Part shown: positions 48,123-57,776 of the stretch, piece by piece
How positions within the stretch are numbered: position 1 is the first letter of the stretch
Layout of the letters: every line of letters starts with the position of its first letter
Origin: Bordetella parapertussis
Lineage (GTDB): Bacteria > Pseudomonadota > Gammaproteobacteria > Burkholderiales > SG8-41
Length of the DNA stretch: 64,000 nucleotides
Direction of reading: 5' to 3'
NCBI GenBank assembly: GCA_945861275.1
Contig: CAMATZ010000013.1
Location: 2,302-66,301, forward strand
Translations under genes and position numbers: made by a program
Notes under the pieces: generated by a model
The model's input: only the letters and a program-made list of their open reading frames with translations
What the model was told of the DNA's origin: nothing
Databases searched by the model: none

Positions 48123-48929
48123 ATGACCACGCCCAACTACGAAATCTATTGTGTCAAATACGCCGAGCGTCCAGGCCAGCGCCCTGCGCATTTTCTCGGC
48201 GGCGATCCGCATGATGCGCCGATGCCGATGGATTACTACGTGTGGCTGGTGCGCAACAGTGAACGTACCGTGTTGGTGGATACCGGCTTCGACGCCAGTA
48301 TGGCGATAAACGGGCGTGTGCTGCTGCGCAAGCCGGTGGAAGGCCTGGCGCTGGTCGGTACGCAAGGCGAAGACATCAAGGATGTGATCATCACCCATCT
48401 GCACAATGACCACGTAGGCACGTTTTACGATTTCCCCAATGCGCGCTTTCATCTGCAAGACAAGGAAATGCAGTACGTGACGGGCCGTCACATGCGCCAT
48501 CATATTTTCCGGCGGCCGTATGAACTCGATCACGTCGCCGGGATGATCCGGCTGGTCTATCAAAACCGGGTGGTGTTTCACAGCGGCGAGAACGGTAACG
48601 CAAGCGAGATCGCACCGGGCATCAGCGTGCATCACATTGGCGGGCACACCATGGGCCTGCAATCGGTGCGCGTGCATACGCAGCGCGGCTGGGTGGTGCT
48701 GGCATCCGATGCGAGCCACTACTACGAGCACTTCGAGAACGACCGCTGCTTTCCGCTGGTGTATCACGTGGGCGAGATGATCGAAGGCTTTGCCACCTTA
48801 AGGCGGCTGGCGGATTCGCTGCAACACATCGTGCCGGGACATGATCCGCTGGTGTTTCAGCGCTATCCGGCGGCGTCGCCTGAGTTGGCGGGTATCGTCG
48901 CGCGGCTGGATTTGCCGCCGAAACCATAA
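48123..48929 (+). CDS. N-acyl homoserine lactonase family MBL hydrolase, paralog 1
   Basis: THLHNDHVG, GGHTMG, LASDASH, VPGHDP. Confidence 0.85.
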   Translation: MTTPNYEIYCVKYAERPGQRPAHFLGGDPHDAPMPMDYYVWLVRNSERTVLVDTGFDASMAINGRVLLRKPVEGLALVGTQGEDIKDVIITHLHNDHVGTFYDFPNARFHLQDKEMQYVTGRHMRHHIFRRPYELDHVAGMIRLVYQNRVVFHSGENGNASEIAPGISVHHIGGHTMGLQSVRVHTQRGWVVLASDASHYYEHFENDRCFPLVYHVGEMIEGFATLRRLADSLQHIVPGHDPLVFQRYPAASPELAGIVARLDLPPKP

Positions 48930-48947
48930 ATTTTTAGGAGAGTATCG

Positions 48948-50030
48948 GTGACACCATTTCTCAGTCCGTCATTCCGGCGCACGCCGGAATCCAGTACGTT
49001 AACTGGTTGGAACAACCTGGATTCCGGCGTGCGCCGGAATGACGGCGTGGTGAGGGTTGTGCTGGAAATCCTCGTACCGGCAATGTTTTGTGCGGGCATT
49101 TTGGCAGCAGGTCAAGCCGCCGCACAGTCGTATCCCACCAAGCCCATCCGCCTGATTATTGGATTCCCGCCGGGCGGCTCGAACGATATCGTCGCGCGCA
49201 TCGTCGCGCCGAAGCTGGGTGAACTTCTCGGCGCGCAGGTCATCGTCGAAAACCGCGCAGGGGCCAATGCCACGATCGCCGCGGATCTGGTGGCGAAGTC
49301 CGCGCCCGACGGCTATGTCCTGATGCTGGGCAGCACCAGTTCACTGGTGATCAGCCCGCACACCTACAGCAAACTGCCCTACGACACCCTACGCGATTTT
49401 GCGCCGGTGACCAACGTCGCCATGACGCCGGAAGCGGTAGCCGTGCATCCCGCGCTGCCGGTCAAGGATCTGAAAACGCTGATCGCGCTCGCGAAGCAAC
49501 ATCCGGGCAAACTCGATTTCGCTTCGGCAGGCAACGGCGGCCTGCCGCATCTGGCGATCGAGCTTTTAAAGACCATGGCGAACATCAATCTGCAGCACGT
49601 GCCGTTCAAGGGTGCGGGGCCGGCGGTCGTCGATCTGATGGGCGGTCATGTGCACGGGATCATCATGGATTTCCCGGCGATCTATGCGCAAATGAAGGCC
49701 GGCAAACTGAAGGGCCTGGCGCTGGCCGCCGAAAAACGCATTGCGCTGATGCCCGATCTGCCGACCTCCGGCGAGCAGGGCCTGCCGGGACTGCTCGCGG
49801 TCAACTGGTTCGCGGTGGTGGCGCCGGCGAAGACACCGGCGACGATAGTGACGCGGCTGCACACCGCGCTGCTGAAAGCCATCGGCGGATCAGACGTGAA
49901 AGAGCGGCTGGCGGCGGTGGGCGTCGAAACATTCACGCAGAACTCACCCGAAGCGTTCGCGGGATTCCTCAAAGATGAGCTGGTGCGCTGGGGCAAAGTG
50001 GCGAAAGCTTCGGGCGCGCGTGCGGACTAG
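48948..50030 (+). CDS. Bug/TctC substrate-binding protein (start 48948 or 49050)
   Basis: YPTKPIRLIIGFPPGGSND, ENRAGAN, HVPFKG; AGGAG precedes GTG 48948. Confidence 0.88.
   Translation: MTPFLSPSFRRTPESSTLTGWNNLDSGVRRNDGVVRVVLEILVPAMFCAGILAAGQAAAQSYPTKPIRLIIGFPPGGSNDIVARIVAPKLGELLGAQVIVENRAGANATIAADLVAKSAPDGYVLMLGSTSSLVISPHTYSKLPYDTLRDFAPVTNVAMTPEAVAVHPALPVKDLKTLIALAKQHPGKLDFASAGNGGLPHLAIELLKTMANINLQHVPFKGAGPAVVDLMGGHVHGIIMDFPAIYAQMKAGKLKGLALAAEKRIALMPDLPTSGEQGLPGLLAVNWFAVVAPAKTPATIVTRLHTALLKAIGGSDVKERLAAVGVETFTQNSPEAFAGFLKDELVRWGKVAKASGARAD
48966..49045. repeat. Perfect CGTC-type REP doublet
   Basis: ccgtcattccggcgcacgccggaatccag ... ctggattccggcgtgcgccggaatgacgg. Confidence 0.9.
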
Positions 50031-50042
50031 GGCGAAATGCAA

Positions 50043-50217
50043 TTAACCACAGATGGACACAGATGAACACAGATAACTTCAAAAAAAATCAGTCACAGAG
50101 ATTACACAGAGACGCACAGAGCACTTCATGATATTTACCCGGTGACTCTCTGTGTACTGTGGCTCAAGCTTTTGAACCTGATCTCATCTGTGTTCATCTG
50201 TGTTCATCTGTGGTTAA
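50043..50217. repeat. Nested inverted repeats of 10-bp ACACAGATGA and CACAGAG units
   Basis: ttaaccacagatggacacagatgaacacagat...atctgtgttcatctgtgttcatctgtggttaa enclosing a cacagag/ctctgtg pair at 50091-50164. Confidence 0.88.
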
Positions 50218-50247
50218 AGAGTTTTTGACCTTTAGTCTTTGACGTTA

Positions 50248-52263
50248 ATGCTCCTAGCCCAACCCGGCCACATCGGCCCGCTCAAGCTGCGCAATCGCGT
50301 GGTGATGGCGCCGATGGGCACCAACTACAGCACCACCGACGGGCTGTCGACCGAGCGCGACCGCTTGTATTACGCCGAGCGCGCGCGCGGCGGTGTCGGC
50401 ATGATCATGACCGAAGCGATGGTGGTGACCGAGTTCGCACGGCCGCATCACAACTCGCTGTGCGTGTATCACGACCGTTTTATTCCCGGCCTGGCGAGCC
50501 TTGTCGAGGCCATCCATGCGCACGGCGCATTGGTGTGCGGCCAGCTCAATCATCGCGGCGCATTGCTGCGGCGGCACGTGCTCAACATGGAGCCGGTGGG
50601 GCCATCGCCATGGAAAAACCCGAACACCGGCGATGCGGTGCGCGCGCTGGCGGTGGCGGAGATTATCGACATACAGAAGCTGTTTGTCGCAGCGACACGG
50701 CGGCTGTATCAGGCGGGCTACGACGGGGTTGAGATCCACGCCGGCAACGGGTATTTGTTGCAGCAGTTTTTTACGCCACGTTTGAATCATCGCACCGATC
50801 AATACGGCGGCTCGTTCGCTAATCGCGCGCGGTTTTTGTTGGAGACGCTGGATCGTGTAAAGCAGGTGCTGCCGGATTTCCCGTTGATCGTGCGACTGTC
50901 GGCGAGCGAATTTACCGCCGGCGGTTATACTGAAGCGGACAGTATAAAGTTATCAATAATCCTTGAAAAACAAGGTGTTGCAGCGCTTGATCTGTCTGGC
51001 GGCAGCAATGAGAGTCCGCAGTTGTCGAAATACTGCATCCAGCCGCCCTCGTTCGCGCGCGGCTGTCTCGGTCCGTATGCAAAGCCGATCAAACTGGCGG
51101 TTAAGATTCCGGTGCTGGTCGCGGGACGGGTGGTTGATCCCGATGACGCGGAAAAATTGCTGGCCGAGGGCTGCGCGGATTTCATCTCGGTGGGCCGCGC
51201 GCTGTATGCCGATCCCCATTGGTGTGCGAAAGCATTGGGTGTGGTGCAAGCGCCGATACGCAAGTGCATTGCGTGTAATGTGTGCTTCGAGCGGCTGACG
51301 CTGGAGAAAGATGTCGCGTGTGTGCACAACCCGGTGATCGGCACCGAGTTCGAGACGCTGGAGCACGCCGAGCCGCAGTTGTTTCCCGCGCGCAGAACCA
51401 CAACACCCAGGCGCGTGCTGGTGATCGGCGCGGGTATCACCGGACTTGAAGCGGCACGGGCTGCCGCGGCGCGCGGGCATCAGGTTGAGGTGTGGGAAAA
51501 GGCCGCGCAGCCCGGCGGACAGATGCCGCTGGCGATGGCGGCGCCCGACAAGATGGAAGTGGAGCCGGTGTTGAGCTATCGGCTGACGATGCTGCAGGAC
51601 TTGCGCGTACCGATACGCACCGCAATGGCCGCGACGCTCGTGGCGCTGCGCAACTATGCGCCGGATTTCGCGATAGTCGCCACCGGTGCTGCGCCGCGCG
51701 CGCATCCATTCGATGTGTCGCAACTGGCGACTACGGTGAAGGTGATGCATGCGTGGGACGCACTGCGCGATCCGGCGCAACTGGCGCTGGCAAAGCGCAT
51801 CACGATCATCGGCGGCGGCATGGTCGGCGCGGAGACCGCCGATCTGTTCTCGGCGCAGGGCAAACATTGCACCATCGTTGAAATGCTCGGCACGATCGCC
51901 TCTGGCATGGCGCGCAACAACCGCATGGAACTGGTTGAGCGTCTCGCCGCGCGCGGCGCCGAAATGCTGACAAGGGTGAAGGTTGAGCGTGCGTACGGAA
52001 CTACACTTGCCGTGCGTTTCGACGACGGGACAACGCGAGATATTGTGGACGGCGATGCACTGATCTTTGCCACCGGCCCCGCGCCAGTACGTGATGTGGT
52101 GCCGCTGCTGGAAGAAGCCGGCATTGAATACGAACTCGCCGGCGACTGCTACCGTCCGGGTGACTTTCTATCGTGCCTGCGCGACGGCTGGCTGGCGGCG
52201 CTGAGCGTGGATCATCGGTTTCGTGGTGTGGGCCAATCAGTGCAAAAACTTTTGACAGGATGA
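50248..52263 (+). CDS. NADH:flavin oxidoreductase (OYE domain + Fe-S + FAD domain; 2,4-dienoyl-CoA reductase/BaiCD-like)
   Basis: NRVVMAPM, EIHAGNGYL, NHRTDQYGGS, CIACNVC..C, VIGAGITG, IGGGMVG. Confidence 0.88.
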   Translation: MLLAQPGHIGPLKLRNRVVMAPMGTNYSTTDGLSTERDRLYYAERARGGVGMIMTEAMVVTEFARPHHNSLCVYHDRFIPGLASLVEAIHAHGALVCGQLNHRGALLRRHVLNMEPVGPSPWKNPNTGDAVRALAVAEIIDIQKLFVAATRRLYQAGYDGVEIHAGNGYLLQQFFTPRLNHRTDQYGGSFANRARFLLETLDRVKQVLPDFPLIVRLSASEFTAGGYTEADSIKLSIILEKQGVAALDLSGGSNESPQLSKYCIQPPSFARGCLGPYAKPIKLAVKIPVLVAGRVVDPDDAEKLLAEGCADFISVGRALYADPHWCAKALGVVQAPIRKCIACNVCFERLTLEKDVACVHNPVIGTEFETLEHAEPQLFPARRTTTPRRVLVIGAGITGLEAARAAAARGHQVEVWEKAAQPGGQMPLAMAAPDKMEVEPVLSYRLTMLQDLRVPIRTAMAATLVALRNYAPDFAIVATGAAPRAHPFDVSQLATTVKVMHAWDALRDPAQLALAKRITIIGGGMVGAETADLFSAQGKHCTIVEMLGTIASGMARNNRMELVERLAARGAEMLTRVKVERAYGTTLAVRFDDGTTRDIVDGDALIFATGPAPVRDVVPLLEEAGIEYELAGDCYRPGDFLSCLRDGWLAALSVDHRFRGVGQSVQKLLTG

Positions 52264-52320
52264 CAGGATTAACAGGATTAACCGCTTGGTTTTTATCCTG
52301 TTCATCCTGTAAATCCTGTC
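52254..52320. repeat. Inverted repeat of 8-9 bp ACAGGAT units overlapping the stop codon
   Basis: gacaggatgacaggattaacaggatt...atcctgttcatcctgtaaatcctgtc. Confidence 0.85.
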
Positions 52321-52371
52321 TGCCCATATTAGTATCTGTTTTTTCTGTGGTGAATTGACGCGAGGAACTCC

Positions 52372-53169
52372 ATGACACTTCCCAACTACGAAATCTACGC
52401 CATCAAGTATGCCTGGCGCGACGCCAGGCGCGCCGTGCATTTTGTCGGTGGTGATCCGCACGACGCTCCAATGCCGATGGATTATTTTGTGTGGCTGGTG
52501 CGCAATGCCGAGCGCACGATAGTGATCGACACCGGCTTTACCCAGGCCATGGCCGATCAAAGAAAGCGCGTGTTCCTGCGTTCGCCCGCCGCCGGCCTTG
52601 CGCTGATGGGGGTCAACGCGGCCGAGGTAAAAAACGTGGTAATCACGCATCTGCATTACGATCACGTCGGCACGTTTCAGGATTTTCCGGCGGCGCAGTT
52701 TCATTTGCAGGACGCCGAAATGGCCTATGCCACCGGCCGTCACATGCGCCACCGCCAGTTCAATCACGGCTACGAAGTCGAAGAGGTTATCGGCATGGTG
52801 CGGTTGGTGTACAAGGATCGCGTCACGTTTTACAAAGGCGATGCGGAACTCGCGCCCGGCATCAGCCTGCATCATATCGGCGGGCACACCGCGGGCCTGC
52901 AATGTGTGCGCGTGCATACCGCGCGCGGCTGGGTGGTCGTGGCCTCCGACACCAGCCACTACTATGAGCATTTTGAAAAAGGCCGCGTGTTCACGACGAC
53001 TTTTCATTTGGGCGACACACTGGACGGCTACGCGCGCCTGCATCAACTCGCCGACTCGCCCAAGCACATTGTGCCGGGCCACGACCCGCTGGTGATGCAG
53101 CGCTATCCGGCGGCGTCGGCGGCGTTGAAGGACATCGTGGTGCGCCTGGATGCTGTTCCAACTTATTGA
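52372..53169 (+). CDS. N-acyl homoserine lactonase family MBL hydrolase, paralog 2
   Basis: THLHYDHVG, GGHTAG, ASDTSH, VPGHDP; close paralog of 48123-48929. Confidence 0.85.
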   Translation: MTLPNYEIYAIKYAWRDARRAVHFVGGDPHDAPMPMDYFVWLVRNAERTIVIDTGFTQAMADQRKRVFLRSPAAGLALMGVNAAEVKNVVITHLHYDHVGTFQDFPAAQFHLQDAEMAYATGRHMRHRQFNHGYEVEEVIGMVRLVYKDRVTFYKGDAELAPGISLHHIGGHTAGLQCVRVHTARGWVVVASDTSHYYEHFEKGRVFTTTFHLGDTLDGYARLHQLADSPKHIVPGHDPLVMQRYPAASAALKDIVVRLDAVPTY

Positions 53170-53196
53170 TTTTATTAAATATTCTGGATTTTACCC

Positions 53197-54600
53197 ATGA
53201 GCAGTTCCAAGCCCCCGTTACTCGAACATGCCACGCGCGATCTGGCGCGCTTCGCCTCCGCCATTCAGTTCAGCGATCTGCCCAAAGAGGTGATCGAGCG
53301 CATCAAGCTGTCGGTGCTTGATCATATCGGTTGCGTACTCTACGGCGCCACCTTGCCATGGACGCAAAAGGTTGCCGCGCTGGCGATGGCCGAGGGTGCG
53401 AAACCAGTGGCGTCGCTGTTCGGTATGGGTAAAAAAACATCGGTGGCGCTGGCGGCGCTGGTGAATGGCACCTCCGGCCACGCGTTCGAGCTCGACGATA
53501 TCCACAAGGAATCCATCGTCCATATCGGTTCCCTCGCGCCGCCGGTGGCGTTTGGTTTTGCCGAAGCCGCAGGCAGTGCATCAGGGCGCGACGTCATCAC
53601 CGCAATGGTGGCGGGTTATGAAATCGGCGCGCGTGTGGGCAACGCCGCAACCATGGGCTTGTTCTTTCGCGGCTTTCATCCGCAGGGCACATCGGGCGTG
53701 TTTGCGGCCACCGCCGCCGCGGCACGCATGCTGAATCTCGATGCCGGGCAGTTCCAGCACGCGCTCGGCATGTCCGGATCGCAGGCCGGTGGTTTAATGG
53801 CGGCACAGGAAGGCGCGATGGTGAAGCGTTTCCATTCCGGCCGCGCGGCGCAGAGCGGCGTGTATTCGGCGTTGTTGGCGCAGCAGGGCTTTACCGGCAT
53901 CACTGATGTGCTGGAGGCCGCGTACGGCGGTTATCTCACGGTGTATTCCGATACGCCGAATGCGGCACGGCTGACCGATGGTCTGGGCCAGGAATGGGAA
54001 ACGCTGAATGTCGGCTACAAGCCGCATGCCAGTGTCACCAGCATCCACACCGCACTCGACGGCCTCGCGCAAATCATGCGCGAGAACAATCTCAAGGCCG
54101 GCGACATTGCCAAGCTCGAAACCGGGCTAAGCCCGATGACGCATGTGCATTGCGCGTGGGAATACAAGGCGCAGGGCGTCACCGCGGCGCAAATGAACCT
54201 GTATTACGGCCTTGCCGTGACCGCGCTGGATGGCATGGCGTTCACCGAGCAGTACAAGGAATCACGGCTCCACGATCCGGCGATATTCGATTTCATCACG
54301 CGCATCACCGCGACGGTGGATGCAGAAATCGAAAAAATGGGGCCGCCGTTCCGTCACGCCGCACGCGTGCGCGTCACTACGAAGGATGGGCGTGTGAGCG
54401 AGAAATTCCTGCATCACCGGCGCGGCAGTCCGGAAAATCCATTGCAGCCCGAAGACATCGAATACAAATTCCGTCATGTGGTGAGCGGATGCCTGTCGAA
54501 GGCGAATATCGACAAGGCAGTGAAGCTCGCGGCTGGATTGGATAAGATGGAAAATGTATCGCAGTTGCTGGCGCTGATGGCGGCGCCGGTGCAAGTGTAG
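53197..54600 (+). CDS. MmgE/PrpD family protein
   Basis: GHAFELDDIH..IVHIG, KRFHSGRA, YKPHAS. Confidence 0.92.
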   Translation: MSSSKPPLLEHATRDLARFASAIQFSDLPKEVIERIKLSVLDHIGCVLYGATLPWTQKVAALAMAEGAKPVASLFGMGKKTSVALAALVNGTSGHAFELDDIHKESIVHIGSLAPPVAFGFAEAAGSASGRDVITAMVAGYEIGARVGNAATMGLFFRGFHPQGTSGVFAATAAAARMLNLDAGQFQHALGMSGSQAGGLMAAQEGAMVKRFHSGRAAQSGVYSALLAQQGFTGITDVLEAAYGGYLTVYSDTPNAARLTDGLGQEWETLNVGYKPHASVTSIHTALDGLAQIMRENNLKAGDIAKLETGLSPMTHVHCAWEYKAQGVTAAQMNLYYGLAVTALDGMAFTEQYKESRLHDPAIFDFITRITATVDAEIEKMGPPFRHAARVRVTTKDGRVSEKFLHHRRGSPENPLQPEDIEYKFRHVVSGCLSKANIDKAVKLAAGLDKMENVSQLLALMAAPVQV

Positions 54601-54615
54601 TCGCGTTATTTTTTA

Positions 54616-54728
54616 CCCCACCCCCATCCCGGCCTTCCCCCTGAAAGGGAAGGAGTCAAGCGATTCCCTCGCCCCGTTTACGGGGAGAGCCTGCGAAAGC
54701 AGGCGAGGGGCCGGGTTAGGGTGAGGGG
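54616..54728. repeat. C-rich/G-rich palindromic repeat pair
   Basis: ccccacccccatcccggccttccccctgaaagggaagg...ggggagag...gggttagggtgagggg. Confidence 0.75.
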
Positions 54729-54762
54729 AAATCAACCCAACCCCAAAACCAAATCGAAAATC

Positions 54763-56121
54763 ATGACCCAACAAACCTACGCCCAACAACTGGCAGCCCG
54801 CTTCGCCAAACTCGGTTACAACGATATAACCCCCGCCTCACGCCACGCCGTCAAGCGCCTGCTGCTCGATTATCTCGGCGTGGCACTGGCCGGCAGCCAG
54901 AGCGAAAGCGGTCACATTGCGCGGCGCTTTGCGCGCGAGCAGAGCGTAACAGGCGGCAAGAGTGGCGCGCAACTCATCGGCGACAAGGCCAGGTCATCGA
55001 TGGCGACCACCGCTTTCGCCAATGCGATTTCCTCGCACAGCATCGAGCTCGATGATATCGACGTGCTGGCGCTGTTTCATTTCAGCCCGCCGGTGTATTC
55101 GTCGGCGCTGGCAGTGGCGGATGCAAAAAATGCCAGCGGCAAGCAACTGGTTGTTGCGCTGGCTGCCGGCTGCGAGATGATGGAGCGCGCCAGCCGTGCT
55201 GCGAACAACTCGCTGCGCAATCGCAGTTTTCACACCACACCGACCTGCGGCGTGTTTGGCGCGACCATCGCCGCCGCGAAAATACTCAAACTGCCGCCGG
55301 CAAAAATCACCCACGCGCTCGGCATGGCAGGTGCGCAGGCATCGGGTTTGATGGAGATGTACGGGCCGTCGATGCAAAAGCGTTTTAATCCGGGGCCGAC
55401 CGCGCGCAATGGCGTGACCGCCGCGCTGATGGCGCAGTTGGGATTCACCGGTGCCGACACGATATTTGAAGGCGAACGCGGTTTCCTCAAAGCGTTTACC
55501 GACAAGAACTTTCCCGAGGCGCTGATCGAAGGCATCGACAAATCCTATGAATTGCTGATCGAGTTCAAGCCGTACTCGTGCGCGCGGCCGATACACAATG
55601 CGATTGACTGTGCGCTGGATGTGAGACAGCAGCCCGGTTTCGATGTGGCAGCCGTGACGGCGATACATTTCACGCGCCATCCGGATTGGGCGCTCTACCA
55701 TCAGAACAAAGCGCCGCGCACCTATCACGAAGCGCAGGTGTCGCTGCCGTTCTCGGTGGCGGTGGCGTTGCTCGAAGGCCAGGCGCTGTTAAAGCAATAC
55801 AGCGACCGCAACATCCGCAATGCCAGAGTCAGGCACTTGAGCGAGGCGACCCGCATCGCGGTGGATGCCTCGTTGCCGCGTGGCGTGTCGTGCAAAATGA
55901 CAGCGACCCTGAACGACGGGCGCACCTTCACCTCGCAGATCGATTACCCCAAAGGCTCGATCCAGAATCCGATGAATGATCAGGAGTTGCTGGCTAAATT
56001 CACCAGTCTTGCCGCGCCGGTGATTGGTGCGAAGCGCGCCGCGACGCTTGCGGACGCGGTGATGACCATCGAAAAATCTCCGGATGTGTCACAGGTCCTC
56101 AAGCTTGCCGCCACTAAATAA
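54763..56121 (+). CDS. MmgE/PrpD family protein
   Basis: SHSIELDDID..LFH, KRFNPG, FKPYSCARPIH, YPKGS. Confidence 0.92.
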   Translation: MTQQTYAQQLAARFAKLGYNDITPASRHAVKRLLLDYLGVALAGSQSESGHIARRFAREQSVTGGKSGAQLIGDKARSSMATTAFANAISSHSIELDDIDVLALFHFSPPVYSSALAVADAKNASGKQLVVALAAGCEMMERASRAANNSLRNRSFHTTPTCGVFGATIAAAKILKLPPAKITHALGMAGAQASGLMEMYGPSMQKRFNPGPTARNGVTAALMAQLGFTGADTIFEGERGFLKAFTDKNFPEALIEGIDKSYELLIEFKPYSCARPIHNAIDCALDVRQQPGFDVAAVTAIHFTRHPDWALYHQNKAPRTYHEAQVSLPFSVAVALLEGQALLKQYSDRNIRNARVRHLSEATRIAVDASLPRGVSCKMTATLNDGRTFTSQIDYPKGSIQNPMNDQELLAKFTSLAAPVIGAKRAATLADAVMTIEKSPDVSQVLKLAATK

Positions 56122-56134
56122 AGGTTGAATCAGC

Positions 56135-57148
56135 ATGAAAATTCTGGTCTATGGCGCGGGCTCGGTCGGCGGGTATCTGGGTGCGATTTTGTCGGCGGCG
56201 GGCGAGGATGTAACGCTGGTGGCGCGTGGCGCGGCGTATGAGGCGTACGCCACGCGCGGCATTATTCTCGAAAGTCCCAAGAGAGGGAGGCCCGATCCGA
56301 TCAAGGTGCACGCGGTGCGCCCCGGCGAAGAAAAGCCGCCGTACGAGCTGATATTTGTCACCCTGAAATCACATCAGCTGATGTCCGCCGCGCAACATGT
56401 GCGCGCACTGGGCGGCAAAGACGCGATGTTCGTGTTTCCGCAGAACGGCATACCGTGGTGGTATTTCGACGGCATCGAGTCGCGTTTTAAGGGCACGCAA
56501 CTGAAGACACTCGATCCCGACGGCGTGTTGTCGCGCACATTTGACGCGTCCAATATTATTGGCGGCATTGCGTTCAAGCCCACCGATCTGCTGGCGCCGG
56601 GCCATATTCGTCTGGCGGATTCCGATGGGGATGCCCTCGCGCTGGGTGAAATCGACAATCGCATGACGGCGCGCCTGGAGCAAATCGCAAAAATCACCAC
56701 CCATGCCGGATGGCGCGGCACGCCGGTGGCGGATATACGCAAAGCCAAATGGACCAAGCTGTTGTCGAATGCGGTGTGGAACACCCTGGGCGTGGTCACG
56801 CAGGCGACGCCCAAAGAAGCCGCCGGCTTCGAGCCGATGGCGCGGCTGGCGGTGGCAATGACGCGTGAAGTGATTGCGCTGGCCGCTGCGGTGGGCAGTC
56901 CACTGGAAGCTGATGCCGAAGCGCTGGTGGCGGCGGCGGCCAGACGCGTGTCGCTGGCGACTTCGACATTGCAGGACGTGCGCGCGGGCCGCTCGCTGGA
57001 ACTCGACGCCATCCTCAACGTGCTGCTGGAAATCGGCGAACTCACCGCTGTGGCAACGCCGAATCTGGCGGTGATCGCGGCGTGCGCGAATCTGGTGAAT
57101 CAGCGCATCATGATGGATGGCGTGGCGATCAGGCCGGTCAAGCCGTAG
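56135..57148 (+). CDS. Ketopantoate reductase (PanE/ApbA) family protein
   Basis: YGAGSVGG, QNGIPWWYF, WTKLLSN, STLQD..AGRSLE. Confidence 0.88.
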   Translation: MKILVYGAGSVGGYLGAILSAAGEDVTLVARGAAYEAYATRGIILESPKRGRPDPIKVHAVRPGEEKPPYELIFVTLKSHQLMSAAQHVRALGGKDAMFVFPQNGIPWWYFDGIESRFKGTQLKTLDPDGVLSRTFDASNIIGGIAFKPTDLLAPGHIRLADSDGDALALGEIDNRMTARLEQIAKITTHAGWRGTPVADIRKAKWTKLLSNAVWNTLGVVTQATPKEAAGFEPMARLAVAMTREVIALAAAVGSPLEADAEALVAAAARRVSLATSTLQDVRAGRSLELDAILNVLLEIGELTAVATPNLAVIAACANLVNQRIMMDGVAIRPVKP

Positions 57149-57204
57149 AAGCCCATCATAAATACTATGCACGAAAAACTGGCAACAACCTCAAATTCAA
57201 AACA

Positions 57205-57705
57205 TCACCGCAGAGGCGCGAAGGCGCAGAGGAAACGCAGAGAAAACCTTGAACTGATTTTCTCTGCGTATTGTTCTCTGCGCCTCCGCGGTGAGGCTTC
57301 TTGAGTTTGCATTGGTTTTACGTTGGGGTGAGTACGTAGGGCGCAATCCCTATTGCGCCGCATGGCTGCTTTGCAAATAGCATTCGGCGCAATGGGATTG
57401 CGCCCTACGCGGGCTATCGCGGATCACCCGTCTAGTGAGTGTCGCGCGCCGATGCAACCTCTTGAATCAATGGCACTAATTTACGCAACGCCCGTAGGAT
57501 GTCGGTGACGAAGGAACCGCATCGGTCGAGTGGCTCACTCTACGCGAGCGTGATTCCAATTGATGCGGTTCGCTATGCTCACCGGCATCCTACGGTCCGT
57601 TTTTTTCGGTGGCCCATGGCAGTACGTAGGGCGCAATCCCTATTGCGCCGCATGGCTGCTTTGCAAATAGCATTCGGCGCAATGGGATTGCGCCCTACGC
57701 GGGCT
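57205..57705. repeat. Cluster of palindromic repeats including an exact 85-bp direct repeat
   Basis: CGCAGAG-unit IR at 57205-57294; identical GTAG doublets at 57331-57415 and 57621-57705; a different GTAG doublet at 57494-57593. Confidence 0.9.
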
Positions 57706-57776
57706 GCGTGCTGTTCTTTGCCCTCTGTGGTGAGGCTTTTTGGGTTTGCACTGTGTTCTCCGTGGCCAATAGCTGT

